Part shown: positions 1 to 13,392 of the stretch, in pieces | How the letters are laid out: each line of letters starts with the position of its first letter | Position numbering within the stretch: position 1 is the stretch's first letter | NCBI RefSeq assembly: GCF_963921235.1 | Contig: NC_086097.1 | Coordinates: forward strand, 57,166,001 to 57,230,000 | Source: Mobula hypostoma | Lineage: Eukaryota | Length of the DNA: 64,000 bases | Direction of reading: 5' to 3' | Notes under the pieces: model-generated | Told to the model about the DNA's origin: nothing | Seen by the model: the letters and a program-made list of their open reading frames with translations, nothing else | Databases searched by the model: none | Made by a program: the position numbers and the translations under genes

Positions 1-2540
1 ATCTTCCCACCTTTATCTCTAATCAGTCCTACCTTCACTCCTGTCATCCTTTTTTTCTTCACATAACTGAAGAATGCCTTGGGGTTTTCCTTTACCCTAC
101 TCGCCAAGGCCTTCTCATGCCCCCTTCTTGCTCTTCTCAGCCCCTTCTTAAGTTCCTTTCTTGCTTCCCTATATTCCTCAATAGACCCATCTGATCCTTG
201 CTTCCTAAACCTCATGTATGCTGCCTTCTTCCACCTGACTAGATTTTCCACCTCACTTGTCACCCATGGTTCCTTCATCCTACCATTCTTTATCTTCCTC
301 ACCGGGACAAATTTATCCCTTACATCCCGCAAGAGATCTCTAAACATCGACCACATCTCCATAGTACATTTCCCTGCAAAAACATCATCCCAATTCACAC
401 CCGCAAGTTCTAGCCGTATAGCCTCATAACTTGCCCTTTCCCAATTAAAAATTTTCCTGTCCTCTTTGATTCTATACTTTTCCATGATAATTATAAAGGC
501 CAGGGAGCGGTGGTCACTGTCCTGCAGATGCTCACCCACTGAGAGATCTGTGACCTGACCCGGTTTATTACCTAGTACTAGATCTGGTATGGCATTCCCC
601 CTGGTCGGCCTGTCCACATACTGTGACAGGAATCCATCCTGGACACACTTAACAAATTCTGCCCCATCTAAACCCTTGGAACTAATCAGGTGCCAATCAA
701 TATTAGGGAAGTTAAAGTCACCCATGATAACAACCCTGTTATTTTTGCACCTTTCCAAAATCTGCCTCCCAATCTGCTCCTCTGTATCTCTGCTGCTACC
801 AGGGGACCTATAGAATACCCCCAGTAGAGTAACTGCTCCCTTCCTGTTCCTGACTTCCACCCATATTGACTCAAAAGAGGATCCTGCTACATTACCCACC
901 CTTTCTGTAGCTGTAATAGTATCCCTGACCAGTAATGCCACCCTTCCTCCCCTTTTTCCGCCCTCTCTATCCCTTTTAAAGCACTGAAATCCAGGAATAT
1001 TGAGAATCCATTCCTGCCCTGGTGCTAGCCAAGTCTCTGTAATGGCCACTACGTCATAATTCCGTGTATGTATCCAAGCTCTCAGTGCATCACCTTTATT
1101 TCTGATGCTTCTTGCATTGAGGTACACACATTTCAGCCCTTCTACCTTACTGTCTTTACACCGTTTATTCTGCTTCTCTTTCCTCAAACCCTCTCTGTAT
1201 GTTAGATCTGGCTTTACTCCATGCACTTCTTTCACCGCTCTATCGCTCTGGGTCCCATCCCCCTCGCAAATTAGTTTAAACCCTCCCAAACCATGCTAGC
1301 AAACCCACCTGCAAGGATATTGCTCCCCCTCGAGTTCAGGTGCAACCCATCCAATCTGTACAGGTTCCACCTTCTCCAGAAGAGATCCCAATGATCTAAA
1401 AATCTAAAACCCTGCTCCCTGCACCAACTCCTCAGCCACGCATTCAACTGCCATCTCCTCCAATTCTTACCATCTCTGTCACGTAGCACTGGCAGCAATC
1501 CTGAGAACGTCACCCTTGAGGTCCTGTTCTTCAGCCTTCTACCTAATTCCCAAAACTCATCCCTCTTCCTGCCTATGTCATTGGTCCCAACATGTATTAC
1601 GACTTCTGGTTGCTTTCCCTCTCGTACCAGGATGTCGTGCACCCGGTCAGAGACATCCCGGACCCTGGCACCCAGGAGGCAACAAACCATGCGGATGTCC
1701 TTCTCACGTCCACAAAATCTCCTGTCTGCTCCCCTGATTATAGAGTCTCCAATGACGACAGCTCTCCTCTTCTCCGTCCCACTCCTCTGCACCACAGGGT
1801 CAGACTCAGTGCCGGAGGCCCTGCCACCGTGGCTCACATCTGGTTGGTCGTCCCCGCCAACAGTATCCAGGATGGTAAACTTATTATTCAGGGGAATGGC
1901 TACAGGGGTGCTCTGCATTACCTGTCTGCTCACCTTCGCTTTTTCCTCCTCTGACTGTCACCCAACGACCTGCTTCTGACAGCCTAGGTGTGACTACCTC
2001 CCTGTAGCTCTCATCTATGACTGCCTCATTCTCCCTTATGAGTCGAAGGTCATCCAGCTGCTGCTCCAGATTCCTTACACGATCTTCCAGATCACAGAGC
2101 CGTATGCACTTCTGGCAGATGTGACTCTGCAGGAGAGGGGCGTTCCCCGAAGACTGCCACATCTCACATGAGAGGCACATCACCATCTCAGGAGACATTG
2201 TAAAAACTAACTGCGAGCTAGCTTGTCCTCCGCCTCTTCTCGTCAAAGCCTCACAGCCCCACTCACGCTCTGGCCGCTTCGCTTGAGCTCCCCCTCTATT
2301 TATCTGTTTGAGCTTTTCAAAATGTTTGGTCACCTGACCTTGACTGCCCAATCAGCTGCTTTCTGCTGAGTCTGAGCTATTCAAATCTTGATTGTCTAAT
2401 TAACGGCTTTCTGCTGATCTATTCAAATCTTGATTGACTTGATCGCACAGACCAACTGCCAAAACTGCCAGAATCTCTCGAGTCAAAGCCTCAAAGCTCC
2501 ACTCCTTCAGTGGCCCACTCATGCTCTGGCCGCTTTCCAC
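1..2540 (-). mobile_element. CR1-clade LINE, 5' part (5'UTR, ORF1, endonuclease/linker of ORF2); continues beyond the window start
   Basis: ORF1 from ATG 2198 (MSPEMVMCLSCEMW...HICQKC zinc finger, coiled coil) is frameshifted near 1930 into an SGNH esterase (VIGDSIIRG, HVGTNDI, DGLHLN; stop 1271). Bases ~1150-1 are APE endonuclease and linker. Bases 1-400 are the reverse complement of the start of the CR1 at 47011. Confidence 0.93.
1271..2198 (-). pseudogene. CR1 ORF1 (Cys zinc finger plus SGNH/GDSL esterase), frameshifted
   Basis: ORF-track entries 1884..2351 and 1271..1933 overlap in different frames; GDS, GTND and DGLH esterase blocks are present. Confidence 0.88.
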
Positions 2541-3302
2541 TGGAATGTGGGAAACAAAAGCATTGTGGATGAGCGTATGGTGTGGGGTTGATAAGTTAGC
2601 TTGCGTTACTGGGGGTGAGGGCCACTTGGGGGAAGGTCAGCTTGTTTTGGCCTCGCTGGACATAAGTTTCATCTACATACTTGGCTCACTAGTAATATGT
2701 GATCGACCTTGTTGATATTCAGATCCACAAATAGTTTGAAGTTCAAAGTAAAATTTTTTTATCAGAGTACATATATGAATAACAAGGGCTTAGCATACAA
2801 ATGAATAAGCAATTGGATATTAGATTATTACTATTTTACTGTAGGCGGTGGAAAGGCTTATGGGTGCTGAGAGGTATAGGATAACCTACTTTTGATCATG
2901 TCTTATAAATGCTGAAGATAGTCCAGCTGAATTTCTGGTCAGTGGAGATCCCCGAGTTGTTGATGAGTTTCAGTGACCAGATGCCAGTGACCCAGGTTTG
3001 ATACAGACCTTCAATGCTATTCCTTGATTACCACTGGCACCATGATGCAGCTGGTAGAGTCACTACCTTATAGCATCAGACTCTTGGATGCAATCCTAAC
3101 CTCAGGTGCTGTCTGTCAGGAGAATTTTACAGTAGCCAGTTAACCTGTCGGCACGCAAAACTTTTGGGGTCTGAGACAAAACCAGAGCTCAAAGAGAAAT
3201 ACCAAAGTTGCTGTGTTGCACATTCTGTGAAGTGCATGGTTTTGACCTATGTACCTCCAAAGACACACTCCTAATAAATCTCAGTAGATCAAATCATTTT
3301 TC

Positions 3303-6300
3303 TTTTTTTTTGTTATTTATTTTTTTATTGAAGTTCATCATCAAACAAACATTTCCATAAGATGTGTTTCAGATACTGTACATATATATCATATAACCAT
3401 ATTTGTCACAAATCTCCACATAATATTTATCTGAGGTATCACTTATAGAAAGGAGAGGAAAGAAAGAACAATTGAAAGAAGAAAATTATGTACAGAGTAG
3501 GGAGTGATTTTTTTTTACAACATATTCATTGACTTGTGAGAATAAAATCAGGCCTATGAGGTGTTATGTAGTTAAACCATTTTTTCCAGTATGAATAAAA
3601 TTGTTCCAATTTAAGATTAACAGATGCTGTTATCTTCTCCATTTTGTAAATGTCCATTGTAATTTCCATCCATACATTTAAAGTTGGGCTCTCCTGAGAT
3701 AACCATTTCCTGGTAAGGGTCTTTTTACCAGCCACCAGCAGTATATTCATTAAATATTTATCTCTTTTCAACCATTCTTGAGGTATATACCCAAAATATA
3801 TGGTCTTACTCTCTAAGGGTACTTCACATTTAAAGATGTCTGGTAGGGCATTATGTATCCTACTCCAATAGTCTTTGATAATGGGGCATTCCCAGAAAAT
3901 ATGATAATAGTTTGCATTTTGATTTCCACAATTTCTCAAACAAGCAGGGGAGTTACTATTATAATAGGATTTCTGACAGGGTGTAATAAAATATCTTAAT
4001 AAGTTTTTCCACCTGAACTCCCTCCATTTCTGTGAACTGGTACACTTCCATTGATACCTCCAGTCTTCTTCAGATATTATTATCCCTCCTTTCTTCTCCC
4101 ATTTTGTTTTAATATATGAAGTCAAATGTGTTTTAAGATTTGACAAACCCTTATAAACGCTTGAAATTATTCTACTACCGTTGTCTGAATTATATGCTTT
4201 TCTAAGTAGCTCTATCAGACATGTACTCGCCTTAGTTACATTTTTAACCATCCTATTAACATACTGTTGCATCTGTAAATACCGGTAAAAGTCTTGTTTT
4301 TCTAATAAGTGTTTCTCTTTGGGCACTTCAAAACTGAAGTGTTTCTTTTTTCATTATATTGCAAATAGCTGTTATTCCTTTAGCTGTCCAGTCCTTAAAT
4401 CTAGCATCCAGTTCATTCGGCATAAAATCCGAGTTATATGCACACTATTTAAGAATTGCAATGTCTCTCTCTAGTTTATATTCTTTTATAATAGTTTTCC
4501 ATATTTTAAGAGTCCATTTCACCCACGGGTTGTCAATATTATTTATGTAACTTTGTAGGTTGTTATCAGCCAAAATTGCCTGTATGGGGATGGAAAGTAT
4601 CCTCTCCTCAATGTTTTTCCATTGAGCACCATATGATGGGTTGCACCAGCATATCACAGCCTCTCAACTGTGCTGAAAAATAATAATCTCTGAGAGAAGG
4701 TAGGCCCCATCCCCCCTTTTCCTTGGCTAATTGCAAAGTTTTGAGATGAACCCTAGGCCTTTTATCTTGCCATATATATCTTGATAGCATCTTGTTCCAT
4801 TCATTGAATTAATTTTGGTTAATCTCTGTTGGTAGGGTCTGAAAGAGATTATAGTAGTCTGGGCAGTATATTCATTTTAATAGATTCAATCCTTGAACTG
4901 AGACCAAGAAAAGGAATTAGGTTCCATCTTGTTATAGCTTCTTTAATTTTTTTATATATAGGCTGATAATTGCATTCTGATAATCTTGCCAAATCTTTTG
5001 GCATAATGATGCCCAAATATTTGACGGACTCTGTTTGCCATGCCCAAGGATATCTACTTTCAATTTCTCTTGGTGGGCTATAGTTATATGAAAGTAGTTG
5101 GGTTTTATCTATGTTAATCTTGTATCCTGATAATTGGCCATATTGTTCAAAGGATTGCATCAATTTAGGTAAAGAGTATGTTGGTTGCCCTAGATAGATC
5201 AAAATGTCATCTGCTTAACAGGCCAATTTATGCTCTGTCCCTTTAGTAGTAATTCCCCTGATGTCTTCATTTTGTCTGATGCATTGAGCTAATGGTTCCA
5301 GATATAATGCGAAGAGTAGCGGTGACCATGCACAACCTTGTCTCGTGCCCCTTTCTAGGGTAAATCTATTAGATAAATATGGATTGATTTTAATCCTGGC
5401 AGTAAGATTGTCGTATAGTGCCTATATAGTTTTAATAATTGTGTCGTGTAGACCAAATCTATGTAAAACTCTGTAAGGAAAATTCCAATTAATCAAATCA
5501 AATGCCTTTTCAGCGTCCATGTTTATCACTATTGCTTCAATTTCATTTTTTAAAATATGATCTATAATATGAAGTGTTCTTCGTATATTGTCTTGTGTTT
5601 GGCGTTGTTGTATAAAACCTGTCTGATCATTATGTATCAGTGTGGGTAGAAACTCTTCTAATTGTTTGGCCATGATGGAAGTAAATATTCTATAATCCAC
5701 ATTAAGAACAGATATTGGTCTAAATGACCCACATTCCATTTTATCCTTGCCTTCTTTCGGTATAGCTGAGATTATCGCCTCCTTCCAGCTGGGTGGCATT
5801 TGCACCTTTCTTAGGGCCCAGTTCAGTGTGGGGAGTAAAACAGGAATTAACTCACTTCTAAACTCTTTATATCACTTTGCCGTATATCCATCTGATCCTG
5901 GTGACTTGCTTAATTTAAGCCTACTAATTGCAGTTTATAGTTCAGCTTCAGTTATGTCAGCAGTCATCGTTCTATTTTGTTCTTTGCTTAAAGTGGGTAA
6001 TTCTAAAGAATTCAGGAAGGTGTCAATTTGTGTTGTGCTTCCCCATGGAACTTTGGAATATAGAGTTTTGTAAAACATTTCAAAAGCTTCTTGAATTTCA
6101 CTTGGCTTATTTTTTATCTTTTTTTTCCAGTTTCCACGCCAGTATTTTCATAGATTTAGATCCACTTTCGTAGTGTCTCTGTTTCAGAAACATTAAATTT
6201 TTTCTGATTTCTTGTGTAGCCAAACTATTAATTTCATTTCTAATTTTTAAATTTCCTCTAGTGTATCCTGTGCCAAGCTCAATTTGTGTTTTTTTTTCTA

Positions 6301-8875
6301 GTTCCTTCAGCTTATTTTGTAATCCCTCTAATGTTTTAATGTAATTCCTTTAATGTTTCATTTTTTTTAATATGAAGATATCGCTATAATTTTCCCTCTT
6401 AAGACAGCCTTCAGAGTATCTGATAGAATGGGAGGTGAAACCTCTCCATTATCATTGTATTCTAAGTAAAGACCAATTTCTTTTTTAATTTATTCCTTAA
6501 AATTGGGATCATTGAGTAGACTTGAATTTAGTTTCCAAATAGTATTCTTTGGTTGTAGATCAAAATCAACAGACAAATATATAGGTGCATGGTCACTTAC
6601 ATCTGTTGTCCCAACTCCACAGGTGATTATTTTGTCTCTATCTTTTCCAAATGTTATGAAATAGTCTATTCTTGTATATACGGAATGGGGAGGGGCAGAA
6701 TAATGAGTATAATCCCTTCTGTTGGGGAAAAGGTCCCTCCATATATCAATTAGTCTAACATCCTCAAAAAGAGTGTTAACTTTCTTATGTAAGGACTTTT
6801 TTTCATAAGTTTTCCTATTGGAAGAGTCTAGCTTTGGTTGTAATTGTAAATTTAAGTCTCCCCCACATATCAAGAGACCTTCTGTTTCCGTTACCATAAT
6901 ATTAGTAATTTTCTGGAAGAAACTAGTATCACTTCCTGGGGGTGCGTATATATTCAATAAAGTAACTGGATTTCCATCTATATTCCCCCTTACCAGAATA
7001 TATCTGCCCTCCTTATCTCCCAGTTTGAAAACTGTTTCAAAATTTAGCTTACTTGAGATGAGAATAGCAACTCCTCTTCTATGTCCTGATTTATATGAGG
7101 AGAAAAACAAATTAGTGAAGCCCATTCTCTTTAATTTTCCATGCTCATTATCACAAAAGTGAGTTTCCTGTAAGTATACTACATTGTTCTTTTGTGCTTG
7201 TTCTTTTTTCATTTTTGATAAAATTTTACTGTGCTTGACTGGATTCAACAGCCCATTGACATTAAAAGAAATGAATTTTACTTTGTCCTTAGCCATGTGT
7301 ATTTATCATTGAAATTTGCAGAATATAACTTAATTGATCTACTCCCTGAACAAATAAGAGCCAAGAAACACGAATAATAAAAAAAAGATAAGGAAGGTGT
7401 GATTCCAAGGCTGGGTCTCTAGATGACCCTGGGTTGGGCTGGAAGAAAAGTTTAGCTGTGGGGGATAGCCCCTCCTACCTGTGGGTTGAGGGCCCCACTG
7501 CAGTACCTATAAAAGTAAGTAAACAAAAAAACTATGTCCATTACACAGAAATGATTTCCCTGTATATTACTCCCATGTATATATTCTCATTTAGGTGGAG
7601 AAAAAGGAATGAATAAAGGAATTTTAAAAAATTGAGTAATATAAAATCCACATTATAACACGTATTTCTCGAGATAGGTATATCACCGTCTATTTTTGCT
7701 TCCGTTTAGTTTATCAGCACTTTTAAAGTTAGCCAAACCTTATGGCTCTTCTGGAGGAGGTGAGGGCTGCCCTTGGAGAACTGACAGTCTCTTTCTAATA
7801 TCCTTCTCTCGTCCTGCTCCCGGCTCCTGCTTTCTGGGTTCTCTTACTATTTCCCAAGCAGCTCGGGACAGCTGCTCAACCAGACTTTCTTTCCCTTGGT
7901 TTGACCACGCTAATGGACAGTCCTCTGTTGTTCATGTCTGTAGTCGCCTCCTCCACCGTCTGGTACAGTCGCATCCCTTCTTGGTGAAATACCCTCAGTT
8001 TAGCAAGGTATGGGGTTTGGAATTTAATCTTTTCTTGCTTTAATATTTGCTTCGCTTCGGAATATTCCTTCCGTTTCTGTAGGACCACAGGGGGGTAATC
8101 ATAATCGAAGTATATTAACTTCCCGTTCCAAAAAACCCTCTTCTTACCCAGGCCCTTTGTAGAATCTCTGCCTTGATCTTGAATCGAAGGAATTTAAGTA
8201 CTATTGAGCGCGGTTTACTTTCTCTGTCTTCAGGAGGCTGTGGGACGAGCGAACGATGTGCCCTCTCAATTTCAGTCTCCATAGTCTGGGGAATCTCCAG
8301 CGCTTCCCGCAGCAGCTTTTCTACAAAGTCCATCACCCCTCTGCTCCTTCGGGAACATTATAAATCCTGATATTTTTCTGTCGCGATCTTCCTTCCTGGT
8401 CAAGCAACTTACTTTCCTGTTGATTTAATATTTTTATCGTCTTACTTAGTATCTGTTCCACGTTTTGCACCCGATCTTCCACCTTTTCAATTTGAGTCTC
8501 TGCCACCGCTATTTTCTGATTGACGTTGGCGAGCTCTAACTTAATATCATTGAGTTGCTGCTTTATATCTTTCTGGACTTCCCGTATCTCTTCCAGAATC
8601 CCTATCATACTTGCCGCTTCGCCCAAACGAGGCCCATCGTCAGCTTTGCCGCCACGCGCACATGTAGGAGAGTCGCGCGCTGTACCTCTCTCTTCCATAG
8701 GCTCTGCAGTGGTGCTTTTTTTATCTCCATTCTTTCTCCCCACTCTTGCCCCCCTTATCAATTCAGATATTCTCGAAAGATCTTATACTTGATGGATTAA
8801 CAGGGCAAAATATGCGTTTTTCTGGAGGAGCTGTTGATTTAAGCTGCCATTCTGAACGATGACGTCACCGGAACC
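3303..8875 (-). mobile_element. Full-length L1-clade LINE (~5.6 kb), inactivated by stops and frameshifts
   Basis: ORF1 fragments (coiled coil, RSRQKNIRIYNVPEG, EIERAHRSL, KFQTPYLAKLRVF). ORF2 from ATG 7296 (ISFNVNGL, YLQETH, GGDLN, RIDYF, SDHAP; RT FRPISVLNVD, DAEKAFD; C-terminal CLRNCG...HIFWEC) to stop 3526. A-rich tail at ~3303-3328. TSD GATCAAAT[C/A]ATTTTTC at 3287-3302 and 8876-8891. Confidence 0.95.
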
Positions 8876-9144
8876 GATCAAATAATTTTTCAATGAAAAT
8901 GGCAGGCTTCACCCTTGAATGGCTTTAACAACTGGTGAGGCTTTGTCCCCAGGCTGACTGGGTATTAAAATATTATTTTAAATATATGTACACATAGATT
9001 AAAAACCTGACTCTATTTAATATAGCTGAAAGCTGCTTTTTGAATTCAAGTGAAATCTATGTTGTGACTTCATTAAAACAGATTTCATTTGATAACTTGT
9101 GTTTCCAATGTAGAGTTATGTCATATTTGCCTTGTTCACTGTAT

Positions 9145-10318
9145 TGAATTGAATTGACTTCATTTCTTACATCCTTCATATATGAGGAGTAAAAATCTTT
9201 ACGTTATGTCTCCATCTAAATGTGCAATGTGCAATGGGTAATTTATAATAATTTATAATAAATAGAACAGTCAATATAATATAGAGTACACTCAAATCAA
9301 CGTGAGTTCATCAGTCTGATGGCCTGGTGAAAGAAGCTGTCCTGGAGCCTGATGGTCCTGGCTTTTATGCTGCAGTATCGCTTCCTGTATGGTAGCAGCT
9401 GGTATAGATTGGGGTTGGGATGACTTGGGTCATAATCCCAAGGGTCCTTTTTACACACCTGTCCTTGTAAATATCCTGAATCATGGGAAGTTTGGAACTA
9501 CAGATGTGCTGGGCTGTCCGCACCACTTTCTGGAGTCCTGTGATTAAGGGAGGTAACAGTTCCCATACGAGGCAGTGATGCAGCCAGTCAGGATGCTCTC
9601 AATTGAGCCCCTGTAGAAAGTTCTTAGGATTTGGAGGCCCATACCAAACTTCCTCAACCATCAGAGGTGAAAGAGGTGCCGTTGTGCCTTTTCACCACAT
9701 AGCTGGTGTGTACACATCATATGAGGTCCTCGGTAATGTGGATGCCGAGGAACTTAAAGCTGTTTACCCTGTTAACCCCAGATTCATTGATGTCAATATG
9801 GGTTAGCCCATCTCCATTCCTCTTGTAATCCACAACCAGCAGCTTTGTTTTTGCGACATTGAGGAAGAGATTGTTTTCTTGACAGCAGTGTGTCAGAGAG
9901 ATAACTTCTTCCCTGTAGGCCACCTCGTTATTGTTTGAGATAAGGCCAACCAATGTAGTTTTGTCAGCAAATTTAATTAGCAGATTGGAGCTGTCGGTGG
10001 TGAAACAGTCATGGTATACAGGGAGTAAAGGAGGGGACTCCGTACGCAGCCCTGAAGGGCTTCTATATTGAGAGTCAGAGGGTTGGAGGTGAGGGAGCCC
10101 ACTCTTACCACTTGCTAGCGATCTGACAGGAAGTCCAGGATCCAGCTGCACAAGGCAGGGTCAAGGCCGAGATCTCTAAGTTTCTTGTCGAGCCTGGATG
10201 GAACTGTGGTGTTGAATGCTGAACTGTAGTCCAAGAACAGCATTTTCACATAAGCTTCCTTCTTCTCTAGATGTGTAAGGACAGTATGTAGAGTAGTGGC
10301 TATTACGCCATCTGTCGC
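9145..10318 (-). mobile_element. Rex1/Babar LINE, 5'-truncated
   Basis: RT fragment IKFADKTTLVGLISNNNEVAYREEV...NNLFLNVAKTK; DYSSAFNT-type motif near 10215-10235; 3' tail AATTGAATTGAC at ~9145-9160, shared with the copy ending near 41160. Confidence 0.85.
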
Positions 10319-10353
10319 AATACAGATTCACTGACTGAGATTGAGGATGCAAA

Positions 10354-10520
10354 ACCGCAAACACGAGGAAATCTGCAGATGCTGGAAATTTAAGCAACAC
10401 ACACAAAAAATGCTGGTGAATGCAGCAGGCCAGGCAGCATCTATTGGAAGAGGTACAGTTGACGTTTCCTATAGGTGCTGCCTGGCCTGCTGGTTCACCA
10501 GCATTTTTTTGTGTGTGTTC
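10354..10520. mobile_element. Penelope-like terminal-repeat hairpin insertion
   Basis: Inverted arms ~10396-10444 and ~10471-10519; similar to the end of the Penelope element at 41876; TSD AGGATGCAAA at 10344-10353 and 10521-10530. Confidence 0.8.
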
Positions 10521-10732
10521 AGGATGCAAATATCGATGGATGTGAGAGCTTTGACATTGTAATGTTGAGTTTTTTTTTTGGGAGAGTTTTGCATTACAAT
10601 GTTAATACCCCAGCAGCAGAGCTCTTGGGAGCTCTGGTGGTTAGGGCAGCAAAATTGGTATAATATATTGCTCAGTTAAAAGAATCATTGCATAGTGACT
10701 ATTACTGGTTCGAATTTTTGCCTGTCTTTCAG

Positions 10733-10937
10733 TCACGAATGTTTACCTCAGCATTTACAACAAGCCGCATTCACCGAGATGGTGCATTTCCAGCACATTC
10801 TGATACATTGTTGCGATGTTTAGAAACATGTTCTAAAGCACAGACACTGAATCAAGGACTCCAGAAGTTGCCTAGCAACAGCATAAATTACATATCACTC
10901 AGTGATGTGCCATCTGACGTCCCTACAGCAACACAAG
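10733..10937 (+). CDS. KIAA0586: Internal coding exon (first in window) of KIAA0586/TALPID3-like gene; phase 0 to 1
   Basis: Acceptor tttttgcctgtctttcag|TCA; donor CAAG|gtgaga; 205 nt open frame SRMFTSAFTTSRIHRDG...DVPTATQ. It splices in frame to 13225. Position corresponds to recalled human TALPID3 'IQ|THFISAALKTS...SKQ|A', with weak similarity in this exon. Confidence 0.75.
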
Positions 10938-12077
10938 GTGAGAAGTGCAAACAATTCAATGTGACTTGGAACAATTGCTTCTTTATCTATTTCAGTATTG
11001 TTGAAATGGCTTGGAATCTCAGTGATTTTGAAATTTAGCTGAATGTTTGTTAAAGGGTCATTAATGGGAAACTTTATATTAAAATAACTGATGTTGCATA
11101 TTTTTATAATAGTTGTTATCAAGATAAGGATGCTTTATTAAGATTCATTTAGGTGTGAAAATTAAATTAAGTTTTAGTTTCTTCCAAAATTTGGACTTCC
11201 AGGTGAAGTCCACATCCACAAAATAGAAAACAGTTTAGCTGACTAAACTACATTCCTAAAAGCTTATCCAACTGTCTAACTAATCAAGACCTCCAATTAC
11301 TTTTTCAATGACCCTGACCTTTCTGAATTGGTGAAACAACTTTAAAAAATCTTACTACTTTAAAATCAATTAAAAAAAGAAAAGTTATTCAAATGCTACA
11401 TAAATTGCTCTATATATGGTCCCTTGTAACTGTTCCTGTACTTGCAATTTTGCAGGCTGATTCCCTGGTGTGACTGTTGAGGAACTGAGCAAGTTTGGGA
11501 ATTGTAGGAGAATTGGGTTTTACTAGGCTACATGAGTGATGAATTTATGTCATGATTTAAGGATTTATGGTTTAGAGCTTTCTGTTTTGATATATGGTTT
11601 TGTCAAATAACACCTCAGAATTTGATTTCAATTCACCAGCAAAAATCTCAGAATTTCATATTGACTTGATTTGACTTAAATTTAACTTGATTTCAAATCA
11701 GTCAAATTGGGGAAGAAGTATTAATGGCAGAACATTCATTGATTGATGTAATTTAGTCCCAATAAATGCGAGATGTAAGGAAAGTAGGGGTAGGGCATAC
11801 AGTATATAGTAAACAATTGGGTGACAGTGGGATCTGGTTCAAGTCCATCATTCCCTGAAAGTGGTAACAATGGGAATTTTTGGGATTCATTATCCTGCAG
11901 GACTGTGGCTGAATAATTGAGTTAATTTAAAACAAAGAATAACAGATTTCTGAATTCTAAGGGAATCAAGATAAATGGTGATAGCACTAAGAAAATCAGC
12001 CATAATCCTGGTTAATGGTGTCATCTGCTGAATGGATAGCTCTTGGTCATGTTTCGTAGGAAGTCTTTTAGTCTTAG

Positions 12078-12525
12078 TCATGAGTTGTACAGCACAGAAA
12101 CAGGCTCATGCCAACTTTTTGCCACATCTATACTAATCCCCTTTGTTTGAAATGGTATGCATCCTTCTATACCTGGCCTGTTTAATTGTCTGTCTATATG
12201 CCTCTCAAACATAGTAATTGTGTGATTCCACTACCCCTGCTGGCAGCATGCTGCAGTTATCAAACACTCTCTCATGTCCCTTTTAAAGTTCCTTCCCTTC
12301 ACCTTAAAATTATACTGTCTTGTTTTTGATGCCTAAATCATGAGGAGAAAGAAAAAGATTCTGAATATTGATCCCATCTTTGCTTCTTATAGTTTAATAT
12401 ACTCCTATCAGATCACTTCTCATCCTCCTTCATACCAGGCAAAATAAACAACCTATCCTATTTCTCACCATTACTGAAGTCCTGCAATTTAGGGAAAATT
12501 CTGGCTAATCTTTCTCTTGTGCAGT
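12078..12525 (-). mobile_element. Old CR1 3' fragment
   Basis: Degenerate 'RLARIFPKLQDFSNGEK' and CR1-like 3'UTR and tail. Confidence 0.6.
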
Positions 12526-13224
12526 CACATCTCCTATTTATATACTGGTCAATATTGCATGAATATTGTAATTTCTTAAATGGAAGATTTGCATTCTTGT
12601 AAAATTTTTCTTGATGCTTTGAATTCCATTGGCTACAGGTCTGTTCTGGGTGACTATTATAAACTGGTGGTAACTTGTAATTGTGAAAATGGAAGCTATG
12701 CAAAAATTATCTGAGCATTTTTTAAAATTCCAAATAATGATGGTTATAATGTTTAGTAATGCAGGGAAAGAAAGGATTTTGGTTGTTTGCAGAATCATAA
12801 TGCCACTTTTAATAGTCCTATTTAAAATTTGCCAATCAACTTCACTCCATGAAATTCTTTGTTATATTTGAGTTATAACTTGCTATAATTGATAATGCGA
12901 TGTAAGGAGTAAGCATCATCTAGAAGATTAAGACCATGGATATACGTTTAATCTTTGAATCTCCAAAGTTTGGAATACACTTTTTTTTGGAATATTTCAG
13001 AGCAATGATATTGAACTTTACAAAACCAAGGACAGTGAGGTGAAGGAGTTGGCGCAGGATTGAAATAGCAAGTGACTTGGAAACTCATGGCCCTAATTGC
13101 AGACAGACGTGTTAAGCGGTCAATCAAATCCAATTAATATTGCTGTTATGAAATTCAAGGCATTATTTTCTTGGGCTAACACATTTATAGTTTTGAAGCA
13201 CTTAAATTCTGCATTTAATTTCAG

Positions 13225-13392
13225 CTTATCAGAGCCGTCCTGGTGCATTTGGCATGGGAAATTCACTGCAGACCCCAGCACCTCGCAAGTCTGCCCCTGT
13301 GCCAATGTCTAAGGATGTTCAGGTTCAACAGAAGATGAAGTCTGCTGTTCAAAAATCCAAAGCAAATGCAAATATTTCCACAGCTGGACAAG
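13225..13392 (+). CDS. KIAA0586: Internal coding exon (second in window) of KIAA0586/TALPID3-like gene; phase 1 to 1
   Basis: Acceptor ttctgcatttaatttcag|CTT; donor CAAG|gtaata; 168 nt encoding AYQSRPGAFGMGNSLQTPAPRKSAPVPMSKD...STAGQ. 'SLQTPAPRKSAPVPMSKD' resembles recalled human TALPID3 'SPLETPAPRRFAPVPVSRD'. Confidence 0.88.

Noticed and set aside
1884..1933. Programmed frameshift between the CR1 ORF1 zinc finger and esterase
   Set aside because: The second ORF1 copy (45072-46017) breaks at different positions (G-runs), so these look like post-insertion indels.
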